Positions 47,701 to 56,100 of a stretch of 64,000 bases of DNA are shown piece by piece. The stretch covers positions 18,727-82,726 of the forward strand of contig JAZQKI010000023.1 in the NCBI GenBank assembly GCA_045542075.1, in the 5' to 3' direction. Origin of the DNA: Eubacteriales bacterium. GTDB lineage: Bacteria > Bacillota > Clostridia > Oscillospirales > CAG-272. The translations under genes and the position numbers were made by a program. The notes under the pieces were generated by a model, which was not told where the DNA came from, ran no database searches, and saw nothing but the letters and a program-made list of their open reading frames with translations. Position 1 is the stretch's first letter. Every line of letters begins with the position of its first letter.

Positions 47701-49997
47701 TCGTTTCCGCACATAGAGCACTTGTGCGCTGTATATCCGTTGGTATCGCAGGTCGCGGGAACAACTGTGTCCACGTATGTGTGCTTTATCTGCGCCTTTG
47801 TCTGCTTGTATTCCTCGCCGCAATTACCGCAAACGTGCTTAATGTAGCCCGCTGTTGTACACGAAGGCTCTACTGTTTCGGCTACCGCCCAATTATGACC
47901 TGTTGCAGCGATAGTGGTCTTATAGGAATATCCGCAGTTACATGTATATGTGATCTTTCCTGCAACCGTACATGTAGCGGGAGTTTCAACAGATGTATAG
48001 CTATGTCCTGTAGCCTTGACTATATTTTTCTTTTCGGTCATTGCGCAGCGGATACATACCTCAAGGGTATATCCGTCCTTTATACAGGTAGCGTCTACTA
48101 CGGTAGTACGTATATTGTGTCCGTAAAGCTGACATCTCTCCTCGGGCTTGAGTCTTGTAACAGAGTAGTACGAGAAGTGATCTGTCTGGAAGGTAACGTA
48201 GCCGTTGCTGTATGCCGCCTCAATGCATACGGGCTGTCCCTCGCTGATGTACCAGATAGCAACGCTGTCTACGTCATCACCCTCGGGTACACTGTAAGGA
48301 AGGGTTATTGTTATATATCCACCGTTGAAGGACGTGATATTCTGTGTTCCGTCGTTCATGGTGAAGTTGTAAATAGGATTGTTTCCAAGCTGCTCAAGCT
48401 GTCCCGCATCAAGCAGATTCTTTGCCGCATCAAGCTCCGCACCCGTAAGAGTTCCCGCGGAGAGCGTGAGATCCTTGTTAGCTATCGCTCCAAGCGTGGT
48501 GGAGTCAAGCGCCATAGACGCTCCCTTAAGATCAACTCCGCCTGCCTCTGCAAGATCGGACGCGTTGACCTTTGCGGATTCCTCGGTAGAGGCATCTATT
48601 GCCGTCTTGGTTTCATTACAACCCTTGTTTGTACATTTATAAGTTCTTATATTGCCAGAAAGAGTGCCCTCGTCCCAGATATGAGCGTTGGTATTCTTTT
48701 TTATAGTCTCTGTTATCTTATGTCCGCAAGCAGAACACGTGAGGGTCTTTACACCGTCAGTAACGCATGTAGCCTCGGTAGTTACCTTTGCTATGTAGTC
48801 GTGATTGGAGATCTTGTCTCCCTCAACTTCCTCTCCGCAAACGGTACACTTGTATATCTGAACGAAATCGCAGGTGGTTCCCTCAACAGGTCTTTCTGTG
48901 GGGGTAACTCCTTCTATGCTGTGTCCAAGCTCACTTCCTACCGTATCGGTATAGGAGTCACCGCAGCCTGTACAGGTATATGTGTCTATCTGCGGGGATG
49001 TGCAGGTCGCCTCGTCGGATCCCGAGAACTCGTAATTGTGCTTGAGCGCAGGCTCCGTCGCGTCACAGTTTGCGCAGGTGCGATCCTGCTTACAGGTCGG
49101 ATCGGTCCAGCTATGTCCAGCCGCATCGGTCTCACTGTCGTTATACGTATCGCCGCAGACACTACAGGTATGGCTTGTATATCCCTTTTCGGTACATGTG
49201 GAATCCACTACCGTATCCTTGTAATCATGTCCAAGCGCCTCACCCTCGGTCGCGGAGCAGACCGAGCAGGTCTTGGGAGATGTACAGGTAGCGTCCACCC
49301 AGGCGTGATCGGCTACGTCACCGCGTGTTTCTCCGCAAGAAGAACAGGTTGAGAGCTGTGAGCAGGTAGCGTCTGTCCAGCTATGTTCTGCAAGCTCGCC
49401 GTATTCCTCGCCGCAATTCTCACATTTTGCCTTTGACTCACAGGTAGCACTGCCGCCCTTGTGTCCAAGCGCCTTGCCCTCGGTCGCGGAGCAGACCGAG
49501 CAGGTCTTGGGAGACGTACAGGTAGCATCTGTCCAGCTATGTCCTGCAGGCTCGCCGTATTTCTCGCCGCATATTTCACATTCCGCACCAGACTCGCAGG
49601 TAGCACTGCCACCCTTGTGTCCCAGTGCCTCGCCATCAGTCGCTGAGCAGACCGAGCAGGTCTTGGGAGACGTACAGGTAGCATCTACCCAAGTGTGCGC
49701 CAATATATCGCCGTATTCAGCGCTACATCTGTCGCACTTTGCCTTGGATGTGCAGGTCGCCTCTCCGCCGCTGTGTCCGAGCGCGGATATTTTTTCTTCC
49801 TTTGTCTCGCCACAAAGCGAGCAGACTGCTTCCTTTGTTCCCTCGGCGGTACAGGTGGCGTCAGTCTTGACGCTCCACTCTCCCCACGAGTGTACGCAGT
49901 CCTCATTTTTGTTGTTGCATGACGAGATGCAGATAACACATATCAGCATCACGAGAATACATAAAACGCCTGTTAAAACTCGTTTTTTGGTATTCAT
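41739..49997 (-). CDS. Giant Cys/His-rich repeat lipoprotein (2752 aa)
   Basis: CAGGAGG RBS, lipobox ISSC, dozens of H...ATC...CxxCG modules, an FQTDHFSYYSV domain and seven ~150-aa repeats. Confidence 0.9.
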   Translation of the reverse strand: MNTKKRVLTGVLCILVMLICVICISSCNNKNEDCVHSWGEWSVKTDATCTAEGTKEAVCSLCGETKEEKISALGHSGGEATCTSKAKCDRCSAEYGDILAHTWVDATCTSPKTCSVCSATDGEALGHKGGSATCESGAECEICGEKYGEPAGHSWTDATCTSPKTCSVCSATEGKALGHKGGSATCESKAKCENCGEEYGELAEHSWTDATCSQLSTCSSCGETRGDVADHAWVDATCTSPKTCSVCSATEGEALGHDYKDTVVDSTCTEKGYTSHTCSVCGDTYNDSETDAAGHSWTDPTCKQDRTCANCDATEPALKHNYEFSGSDEATCTSPQIDTYTCTGCGDSYTDTVGSELGHSIEGVTPTERPVEGTTCDFVQIYKCTVCGEEVEGDKISNHDYIAKVTTEATCVTDGVKTLTCSACGHKITETIKKNTNAHIWDEGTLSGNIRTYKCTNKGCNETKTAIDASTEESAKVNASDLAEAGGVDLKGASMALDSTTLGAIANKDLTLSAGTLTGAELDAAKNLLDAGQLEQLGNNPIYNFTMNDGTQNITSFNGGYITITLPYSVPEGDDVDSVAIWYISEGQPVCIEAAYSNGYVTFQTDHFSYYSVTRLKPEERCQLYGHNIRTTVVDATCIKDGYTLEVCIRCAMTEKKNIVKATGHSYTSVETPATCTVAGKITYTCNCGYSYKTTIAATGHNWAVAETVEPSCTTAGYIKHVCGNCGEEYKQTKAQIKHTYVDTVVPATCDTNGYTAHKCSMCGNEYNDRMVPAHGHKYTSEWVWSDDYKSAKVVFVCKHDSAHTVEIEASVTSVKKDATCMETGLMTYTAQAVYSGAVYNDTLTQVIPKADHTCSAGWESNETSHWHICTVCQEKVETQAHTLGTAEIIKAATCSETGESRATCSVCNYVKTQVIPTTAHTYENGVCTGCGHFSGDCDHSKTDATITVDISEYGACGGTITLNTCACGEYKYLDVDNAESAGSCKLEFGEGDEGVTEDGNMYMSASAYCTVCGFTEDIYAEAVIADCMLTATYEFVMSVNGEVFLDNVIWIEKEEYHNDTYGTHTVASTDCGDIVIYGSKCEDCGKFTYINDLDMECSIEYEDFEETDENGNIHEGERGVCSKCGLVFVSEEWYEKDGCYEIEYELAYIEKDGERVFEYMDSYRSSNHEYEYEYELEGESCLDGVRITRTCTVCGSSQSYTENYHERITTKKYNLSDYGGCDGYIEVYTCPCGEISGVSLNIEGGLASSPSIPYIDENGTRHEVSKSFCMECGLAVESDRYTVIEGCYEYRHVIYNISVGDNVIINNLECVPEIYDNHNYNYTFTLEGETCDDGFTAYGICADCGYESKSEGHGHGRFCIGNYDLAEFGGCGGYIKLYSCACGQETRFEYGDTCDGHIYDGEREYTDENGIVHRVETMTCEKCGLERIRDLYYVTEGCVDKEYVIWTVSIGERVIVDSFQEFNGTRDNHKYEYSFKLFGESCEDGYTVSAVCETCGYSYEREIYWHETYMVESYNFSDFGACGGHIEVYVCPCGEQNHTSFEYACDFEYGDSSYGYTDENGIAHSVEKGVCRECGFELTRDRYTEKDGCYRYNCEIVSATMNGKTVISGLKLRNSWWMSHDYEYSFELKGTDCSEGYTVYMTCRECGENSSYEGYDHKEVLIKEYDLSEYDVCGGRIRIYKCPCGKEGYIERSLDCKQEQTTTYYTDGNGIEHTVQTFTCSICGIKIETDNYNTRTGCMEYLYGNIRVSVNGETVIFEDNVIFRSQQSHNYSFTYDMNGKSCEDGYTVHAVCKDCGHSYDEERSWHETYLKEKYDLSAFGACGGYVEIYNCPCGQRQSFQYDIDCNYTSTYEDVEDANGIWHSIRTMTCEDCGLVMTSDSYTVKEGCLEVRYYVYTIKVGDQTVISNYKHKYSEWEDHNYSYSFMLYGKSCEEGYLVTYTCRDCGYSKEYEEYDHYLYEKYRFELSEYGACGGYVRIEECACGKNKSFDDSMKCDYSYTTEYITDENGIEHEIRTFTCNKCEFRMIRESYSVKEGCDVIRYRSYTVKVGDTVLIEDYEYVYSTDKEHNYKYDFDMHGKSCEDGYTVTYTCRDCGYSYNEEMNWHNTFLVEYHNLEDIGACGGYIEKYSCPCGYEQNVYYDMYGMCSCKYTDNEYFDDYGRLVHVSVASCDKCGLRIQHSYYEERDSKTCTTTQYSTYVVSANGGALEPIESHKSWEAHDYKATGKLVDGAKSCDDGVIITYTCRDCGHSYEQQYSWHTSLLVETIDLSKYGSVCGGYAYHYSCVCGENKSVDIHDDVLCEFDSNWCDMWIDGYINENQYTASGTNYFGYTATVYTCAVTDPEQCAYKIRTAIYWLAVPGECRADRYVTWQFGYNEETGKCAYEITYKTGSAAYHNYTVTNIEEDTAWGTEYYCSDCGSSYSSIDYYDADGYTAKSEIIAINKLEDGRRKYRNEIYEYSSYNGNRYNSREYVKYINADGSESWYENLYTRSTYTASFGSEGYKMVETYRNSDGENSGREYAYTYYKDYRFKIYEYSINHSDGTWYRYDYTYKFSGGCTKTTNYKHSSGESSTKTEENHVGSHINTTKYPTCTQNGSYYEYCDFCEMTLYQGTYSAHGHYWYGNSDGEGYCCSECGLENANGANGDIIFEDFSDDYGNGENYVVGYYVNNDVEFMYYVSLILHTPGEDGNDEIILDNVTVTEHDTLRAKVFSKSEVEQLATALGYSADEYDVRFAFVPVGADGSFDYSITFTE
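49228..49690 (-). repeat. DNA-level intragenic repeats (three copies of the DATCTSPKTCSVCSAT unit)
   Basis: GAGCAGACCGAGCAGGTCTTGGGAGA(T/C)GTACAGGTAGC recurs near 49255, 49489 and 49645. Confidence 0.85.
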
Positions 49998-50055
49998 TTT
50001 GCCCTCCTGAAAAATTAAAAAATTAAAGAAGCTGATGTTTGAAACGTCATAGCAA

Positions 50056-50113
50056 AATATACACTAAAGTGTATATTCGTATACATTGTATCACAATCTA
50101 GCATAAAAATCAA
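50056..50113 (-). promoter_or_regulatory. Promoter of the giant gene with an operator-like palindrome
   Basis: Minus strand TTGATT-17-TACAAT (50085-50113) and AATATACACT-AA-AGTGTATATT at 50056-50077. Confidence 0.6.
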
Positions 50114-50194
50114 TAGTTTTTTCTTTTTGTGCGTCTTCCCTACATTATATGCTCCACGCGCAGCCATAACGCCTGTCGGCTCAATATTGGTATA

Positions 50195-50223
50195 TTGACA
50201 AATTTTGCCTTTGCCTGTATAAT
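50195..50223 (+). promoter_or_regulatory. Consensus SigA promoter
   Basis: TTGACA-17-TATAAT. Confidence 0.8.
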
Positions 50224-50351
50224 AATTTTGTGAACAGAGCGCGTGTACTCCGCTCACAGCTGCAAATATGATCAAACGGTGTCGGCTCCCGTATAGCCGA
50301 CAAAAAATCGGAGAAAATAAATCAAGTTGAAATGAAAGTGAGGAAAATATT

Positions 50352-51365
50352 ATGCCAGGACCGGGTGGAGGCTCAAGAGGCGGCGGATTTGGTGGCGGAA
50401 GCTTTGGCGGAGGAGGCAGCCGAGGAGGCGGCTTCAGAGGAGGTTATCACGGCCATCATCACTATTATCACAGACCCTTTTTCTACGGTGGCTGGGGACC
50501 GAGATTTTACGGAGGAGGCTGCTTTGGCGGTCTGCTTGGAATGCTCATGTTCCCTCTCATCATTCTTCTTATAGTAGGCGTTATGCTGTTTGGCTACGTC
50601 GGTCGGGTAATGACCAACCTTGCCAATGGCGGTGTTATAAGCTACAACGAGGCGACATTCCAGGAGTATGCCGACAAGCAATACGCACAGGAATTTGGCT
50701 CAAGTCCAAAGACATACGAGGATAACGTGCTGATCGTTTTCCTTACAAACGAGGAATACGACGGATACTACTGTATCGCTTGGGTAGGAAACAACGTAAA
50801 TTACGGAATAAATAAGATGTTCGGCGATCAGTCAACTGCCTTTGGCAGAGCTATGCTCGGCTCGGTGAACTCTGAGTATTATGAATATTCCCTGTCCGCA
50901 AATCTCGCTATGGCTATGAACTCCATGACTCAAAGCATCTCGGATCTGGGGCTTGAATCGTCGTTTATCAATATTCCTGCTGCTCAAAGCACTGTAAAAC
51001 CGCACGTGACGAACAAAACACCCCTTAGCATAAGCGAGGACACCGTAAATACCGCGCTTGAGGAGTTTACCGAGGAGACCGGAATTACGGCAGTTATAGT
51101 CGTGGATACCATGGAGAACGTATTTGGAAAATATATGCCTCTGAGCGATGTTATCTTCCTTGTGATCATGGGAGTTGCTATCATATTCGCAATAGTCATG
51201 ATTGTAAAGAGAGTAAAAAACAGAAATAATAACGGCGGAGGTCAGAATAGACAGAACGGCTATAATAACGGAAATTACAACAATAATTACAACAATAATT
51301 ACAACAATAACTACAACAACGGAAGCTATAATAACGGAGGCTCAGATAATTACAACCGGTATTAA
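50352..51365 (+). CDS. Two-TM membrane protein with Gly/Arg/Phe-rich N-terminus and Asn/Tyr-rich C-terminus
   Basis: GGGSRGGGFGG repeats, TM, a ~180-aa domain, TM, then NNNY repeats. Confidence 0.85.
   Translation: MPGPGGGSRGGGFGGGSFGGGGSRGGGFRGGYHGHHHYYHRPFFYGGWGPRFYGGGCFGGLLGMLMFPLIILLIVGVMLFGYVGRVMTNLANGGVISYNEATFQEYADKQYAQEFGSSPKTYEDNVLIVFLTNEEYDGYYCIAWVGNNVNYGINKMFGDQSTAFGRAMLGSVNSEYYEYSLSANLAMAMNSMTQSISDLGLESSFINIPAAQSTVKPHVTNKTPLSISEDTVNTALEEFTEETGITAVIVVDTMENVFGKYMPLSDVIFLVIMGVAIIFAIVMIVKRVKNRNNNGGGQNRQNGYNNGNYNNNYNNNYNNNYNNGSYNNGGSDNYNRY
51273..51320 (+). repeat. 12-bp tandem repeat x4 encoding NYNN
   Basis: AATTACAACAAT x3 plus AACTACAACAAC. Confidence 0.9.
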
Positions 51366-51377
51366 GCCTTGCGTCAA

Positions 51378-51421
51378 ATAAAGATCCGACGACCGCAAAA
51401 TCGTGGTCGTCGGATCTTTAT
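51378..51421. terminator. Bidirectional terminator
   Basis: ATAAAGATCCGACGACC...GGTCGTCGGATCTTTAT. Confidence 0.85.
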
Positions 51422-51440
51422 TTATCTGATCGGTCAATTT

Positions 51441-52868
51441 TTATTTTCTCTTGAAAAATACCGCGCCTGCCGCAATCACGCTTACAAGCGTAAGCAAGCC
51501 TGATACCGCGGACATTCTGCATCCAAACAAACTAACTCCGCCGGGCTGCGGTGTCGATGATCCATCATGCGAGGGATCTTGTGACGGAGCTTGCGAGGAG
51601 TCGCTTCCCTCGTTTTGCGGGGGTGTTTGCGAGGGAGCTTGCGAGGAGCCGCCATTTTCATTTTTCTCTCCGTCCTCATTGGGTTCCTGTGTGGGAGGAG
51701 CTTCGCTGTTGCTCTCGCTTGGCAGCTCTACGTCGGGGTTTTTCTCAAAATCCGGTATTTCGTTATTGCCGTCAGATCCCGAGTTTCCCTTTTCCTCATC
51801 AAAGCTTCCGCTAAACCACAAATGTATTTCTCCGTCAAGGCTCAAAAGTCTGTAGGAATATCCTCCGCTTCCTCCGAGCAGCTGATATACCTCTCCTGAG
51901 TTGTCGGATATCCACTGCTCAAACCCGTCTCCATCAAATTTGAATACGGCATATGCCTCATCTTCAGTCACCTTCACGAACATATCCGCAAGCGTCTGCG
52001 CCTTGTCATCTCCGTCAAGGATCGCTCCGTTTTTATCAAAATATCCATATCCCGTGTGGCTGCAGTCGGGCAACTTGTAAGCTGTCGTATCCTCAAAATG
52101 CGTTTTGCTTATCTGCTCAAGGCTATTGTTGAAATATGCCCTGTAAAGATGCTCTCCCTGATCATCCCAGGTCACGTCGGTGTAAAGGCAGACTCCCTCC
52201 TCTATCATTACCATATTCCACGCGTGAGGCTCGGGAAGCCCTGTATTGGGCTCGTAAGACTGTCCGCTGATCCTCCACGAGCATATTCCAACCCGCTGAA
52301 GAAGCAGCTGATATGCCGACGCGTATCCCGCGCATACAGCCTTACCCGAAACAAGCGCGCCGTATGCCGTCTGATGCAAGCCCTCGTAAACATACTCCGT
52401 ATGCTTTGCAACAACGTCGTGCAAATACAACGCCTTCTCATAATTATCTCCGTTTGGAACAGTCTCAATAATACTGCTCACAACGCTCTCAAGCTGAGCC
52501 CTCATCAGAGGTATATCTGAGAGATCAACGTTATATTCAGGGCTGACCGTCACAACCGTTCCGTCTGAATAAGACGAATATCCGTATCCCCCGTTTATCC
52601 AGAAGCACTCGGGATGGTCGCTCAAAAACAGCTCCATGGCAAGCGACACCTCGTCCGACGTCACCTTTTTGTCCTCATCCAGCGAAATTTCCGTCTTTGG
52701 CGAGGAGCAAAGCAGGTCCTCGCAAAGCTTATCATATACGTACGCGACGTTTCCGTCTATAGTGTCTCTTGCGTAATATACGTCCTGCTGTGCCGAGGTC
52801 ACGACGGTAAATACCGCCATAGCCAAAAATACCGTTAAAACAAGGAATATCACCTTTGTTCTTTTCAT
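51441..52868 (-). CDS. Secreted transglutaminase-like (Cys-His-Asp) domain protein with P/S/E linker and C-terminal anchor
   Basis: Signal peptide, AVCAGYA, HAWN, DVTWDD. Ends in GC-TM-KRK. Confidence 0.88.
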   Translation of the reverse strand: MKRTKVIFLVLTVFLAMAVFTVVTSAQQDVYYARDTIDGNVAYVYDKLCEDLLCSSPKTEISLDEDKKVTSDEVSLAMELFLSDHPECFWINGGYGYSSYSDGTVVTVSPEYNVDLSDIPLMRAQLESVVSSIIETVPNGDNYEKALYLHDVVAKHTEYVYEGLHQTAYGALVSGKAVCAGYASAYQLLLQRVGICSWRISGQSYEPNTGLPEPHAWNMVMIEEGVCLYTDVTWDDQGEHLYRAYFNNSLEQISKTHFEDTTAYKLPDCSHTGYGYFDKNGAILDGDDKAQTLADMFVKVTEDEAYAVFKFDGDGFEQWISDNSGEVYQLLGGSGGYSYRLLSLDGEIHLWFSGSFDEEKGNSGSDGNNEIPDFEKNPDVELPSESNSEAPPTQEPNEDGEKNENGGSSQAPSQTPPQNEGSDSSQAPSQDPSHDGSSTPQPGGVSLFGCRMSAVSGLLTLVSVIAAGAVFFKRK

Positions 52869-53147
52869 TTTCTACCCTCCCTTTCTTTTTGTCATCTTAA
52901 TTATATCATTTTGTTTGGGTGAAATCAACGTTTTTTCCGATATTTGCGATCCTTTTGACGCGATTTTTACATATTAAGCAAAAATTTTAGGCGTTTTCAC
53001 ATTGTTTTTTCTCAAAATCTATTTACATTTGAGGTGTTTTGTGATATCATTATAATGTATGATTATGCTCGGGCAGAATGTCCTGTCCACAGCATATCTA
53101 CAATTATCGGTTAAAATATTTTTTATAAATTCAGGAGGACAAAACCA

Positions 53148-56100
53148 ATGGCTATCCAAAGAAAAAAGCTTTCTATGGACGGTAACCAGGCTGCAGCTCA
53201 CGCGAGCTATGCGTTTACCGAAGTAGCAGGCATTTATCCGATCACTCCCTCCAGCCCTATGGCTGACTTCACCGACCAGTGGGCAGCTGCAGGACAGAAG
53301 AACGTGTTCGGAACAACCGTTAACGTAGTAGAGATGGAATCCGAAGCCGGTGCCGCAGGTACCGTTCACGGCTCTCTCGCATCCGGCGCTCTCACAACAA
53401 CCTACACAGCGTCCCAGGGTCTTCTTCTCATGATCCCCAACATGTACAAGATCGCAGGTGAGCTTCTCCCCGGCGTATTCCATGTTTCGGCTCGTGCAGT
53501 TGCTTCCCACGCTCTTAACATTTTCGGAGACCACTCCGACATTTACGCTTGCCGTCAGACAGGCTTTGCTATGCTCGCAGAGACCAACCCCCAGGAGGTT
53601 ATGGACCTTGCGGCTGTAGCACACCTTTCCGCTATCAAGGGCCGTGTTCCCTTCCTTAACTTCTTCGACGGCTTCCGTACCTCTCATGAGATTCAGAAGA
53701 TCGAGGTATGGGACTATGCTGACCTTGAGGAAATGCTTGACAAGGATGCGGTTGCCGCATTCCGCGCTCACGCTCTCAACCCCAACAAGCCCGCTCTCCG
53801 CGGAACCGCGCAGAACGGCGATATATTCTTCCAGAACAGAGAGGCTTGTAACAAGTATTACAATGCTCTTCCCGCTGTTGTTGAGGAGTATATGAACAAG
53901 GTAAACGAGAAGATCGGTACAAACTACCAGCTCTTCAATTACTACGGTGCTCCCGATGCAGAGAGAGTTATTGTTGCTATGGGCTCTATCTGCGACGTTA
54001 TCGAGGAGGTCATCGACTATATGAACGCAGCAGGCGAGAAGGTCGGTCTTGTTAAGGTTCGTCTTTACAGACCCTTCTGCGCAGAAAAGCTCGCAGAGGC
54101 TATTCCCGCAAGCTGTAAGAAGCTCGCAGTTCTTGACAGAACCAAGGAGCCCGGCTCTCTCGGTGAGCCTCTCTATCTTGACGTTGTTACAGCTCTCTCC
54201 AGAGTTGGCAGAACAGATATCAAGGTAGTTGGCGGACGCTACGGTCTCGGCTCGAAGGATACTCCTCCTTCTTCCGTATTCGCAATTTACGACAACCTCG
54301 CAAAGGATGCTCCCAAGGGCAACTTCACCGTAGGTATCGTAGACGACGTTACAGGTCTCTCCCTTGAGGAAAAGCCCGCTCCCGACACAGCTCCCGCAGG
54401 AACTATCGCTTGTAAGTTCTGGGGTCTCGGCGGTGACGGTACAGTTGGCGCAAACAAGAACTCCATCAAGATCATCGGTGACCACACCGATAAGTTCATT
54501 CAGGCTTACTTCCAGTACGACTCCAAGAAGACCGGCGGTATCACAATTTCTCACCTCCGCTTCGGAGATAAGCCTATCAAGTCTCCCTACTATATCAACA
54601 AGGCTGACTTCGTAGCTTGTCACAACCAGGCGTACCTCAAGAAGTATGATATGGTTTCCGACGTTAAGCCCGGCGGAACCTTCCTTCTCGACTGCCAGTG
54701 GACAACTCTCGAGGAGCTTGATAAGAACCTCCCCGCAGCAGTTAAGAAGTACCTCGCTGAAAACAACGTAAACTTCTACACCATCGACGCTACCAGCCTT
54801 GCTATCAAGCAGATCGGTAACGCAAAGGTAAAGAATACCATCCTTCAGTCTGCGTTCTTCGCTCTCGCAAAGATCCTTCCCGCAGAGGAAGCTATCGAGT
54901 ACATGAAGAAGATGGCATACAAGTCCTATATTAAGAAGGGACAGGCTATGGTTGATCTCAACTATGCCGCTATCGACGCGGGCGCTGACGCGTTCGTTAA
55001 GGTAGACGTTCCCGCTGAGTGGGCAAATTGCGTAGATAACACAGAGGCAGTTCTCGTAACAGGCGAGCGCGCAGATCTCGTTGACTTCGTAAACGACGTG
55101 GTTAACCCCACAAACGCTATGAAGGGTGACAGCCTCCCCGTTTCCGCATTTGAAAAGTACGTTGACGGTCAGTTCCCCCAGGGCTCCGCAGCTTACGAGA
55201 AGCGCGGTGTTGCAGTTATGGTTCCCGAGTGGATCCCCGAAAACTGTATCCAGTGTAACAGCTGTTCCTTTGTATGTCCTCACGCAACCATCCGTCCTTA
55301 CGCTATGAACGAGGAAGAGGTTGCAAACGCTCCCGAGGCTACAAAGTTCGCAGCTAAGCCCATTATAAAGACAAATTACAAGTTCACAATGGCAGTATCT
55401 CCCCTTGACTGTATGGGTTGTACCCTCTGCGTTAAGGCTTGTCCCGTCAACCAGGGTGTTGATAAGAAGGCAGCCGAGGCAGGCGTTAAGGCAGATCCTT
55501 CCAAGTATGCGCTTAAGATGATGCCCCAGGCAACTCAGAGCGAGCAGCAGGCTGCATTCGACTATGCGGTTGCAAGCGTTTCCGAGAAGCCCGAGATCAT
55601 CAACAACACCGTTAAGGGCTCTCAGTTCAAGCAGCCCCTGCTTGAATTCTCCGGCTCCTGCGCAGGCTGTGCTGAAACCTCCTACGCAAGACTCGTAACA
55701 CAGCTCTTCGGTGAGAGAATGTATATCTCCAACGCAACCGGATGTTCTTCCATCTGGGGTGGCTCCGCTCCCTCCACACCTTACACGGTAAACAAGGAAA
55801 GCGGCAAGGGTCCCGCTTGGGCTAACTCCCTCTTTGAGGACAACGCTGAGCACGGTCTCGGTATGTATCTCGGTCAGAAGGCTATAAGAAACAGACTTAT
55901 CGGCTACGTCAAGTCCCTTGACTACTCCGACTGCCCCGAGTGCAAGGCTCTCCTTGACAACTACCTCGACACTCTCGAGGACGGCGCGGCTAACGAGAAG
56001 GCAACAAAGGCTATGGTAGAAATGCTCGAAAAGGTTGTTGTTGAATATCCCGATGACTGCGAGATCGAAAAGAAGATCCTCGCTGAAAAGAACTACCTCA

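Noticed and set aside
46653-49352. 899-aa plus-strand ORF and other ORFs opposite the giant gene
   Set aside because: Antisense shadows with no recognisable protein features.
41739-49997. Giant protein as a multiheme cytochrome or nanowire
   Set aside because: The motifs are CxxCG, CxxCGH and CxCG, not CxxCH, and no cytochrome c maturation genes are in the window.
53030-53060. Rex operator at the nifJ promoter
   Set aside because: Only one half-site (TTGTGA) matches; the second half is poor.
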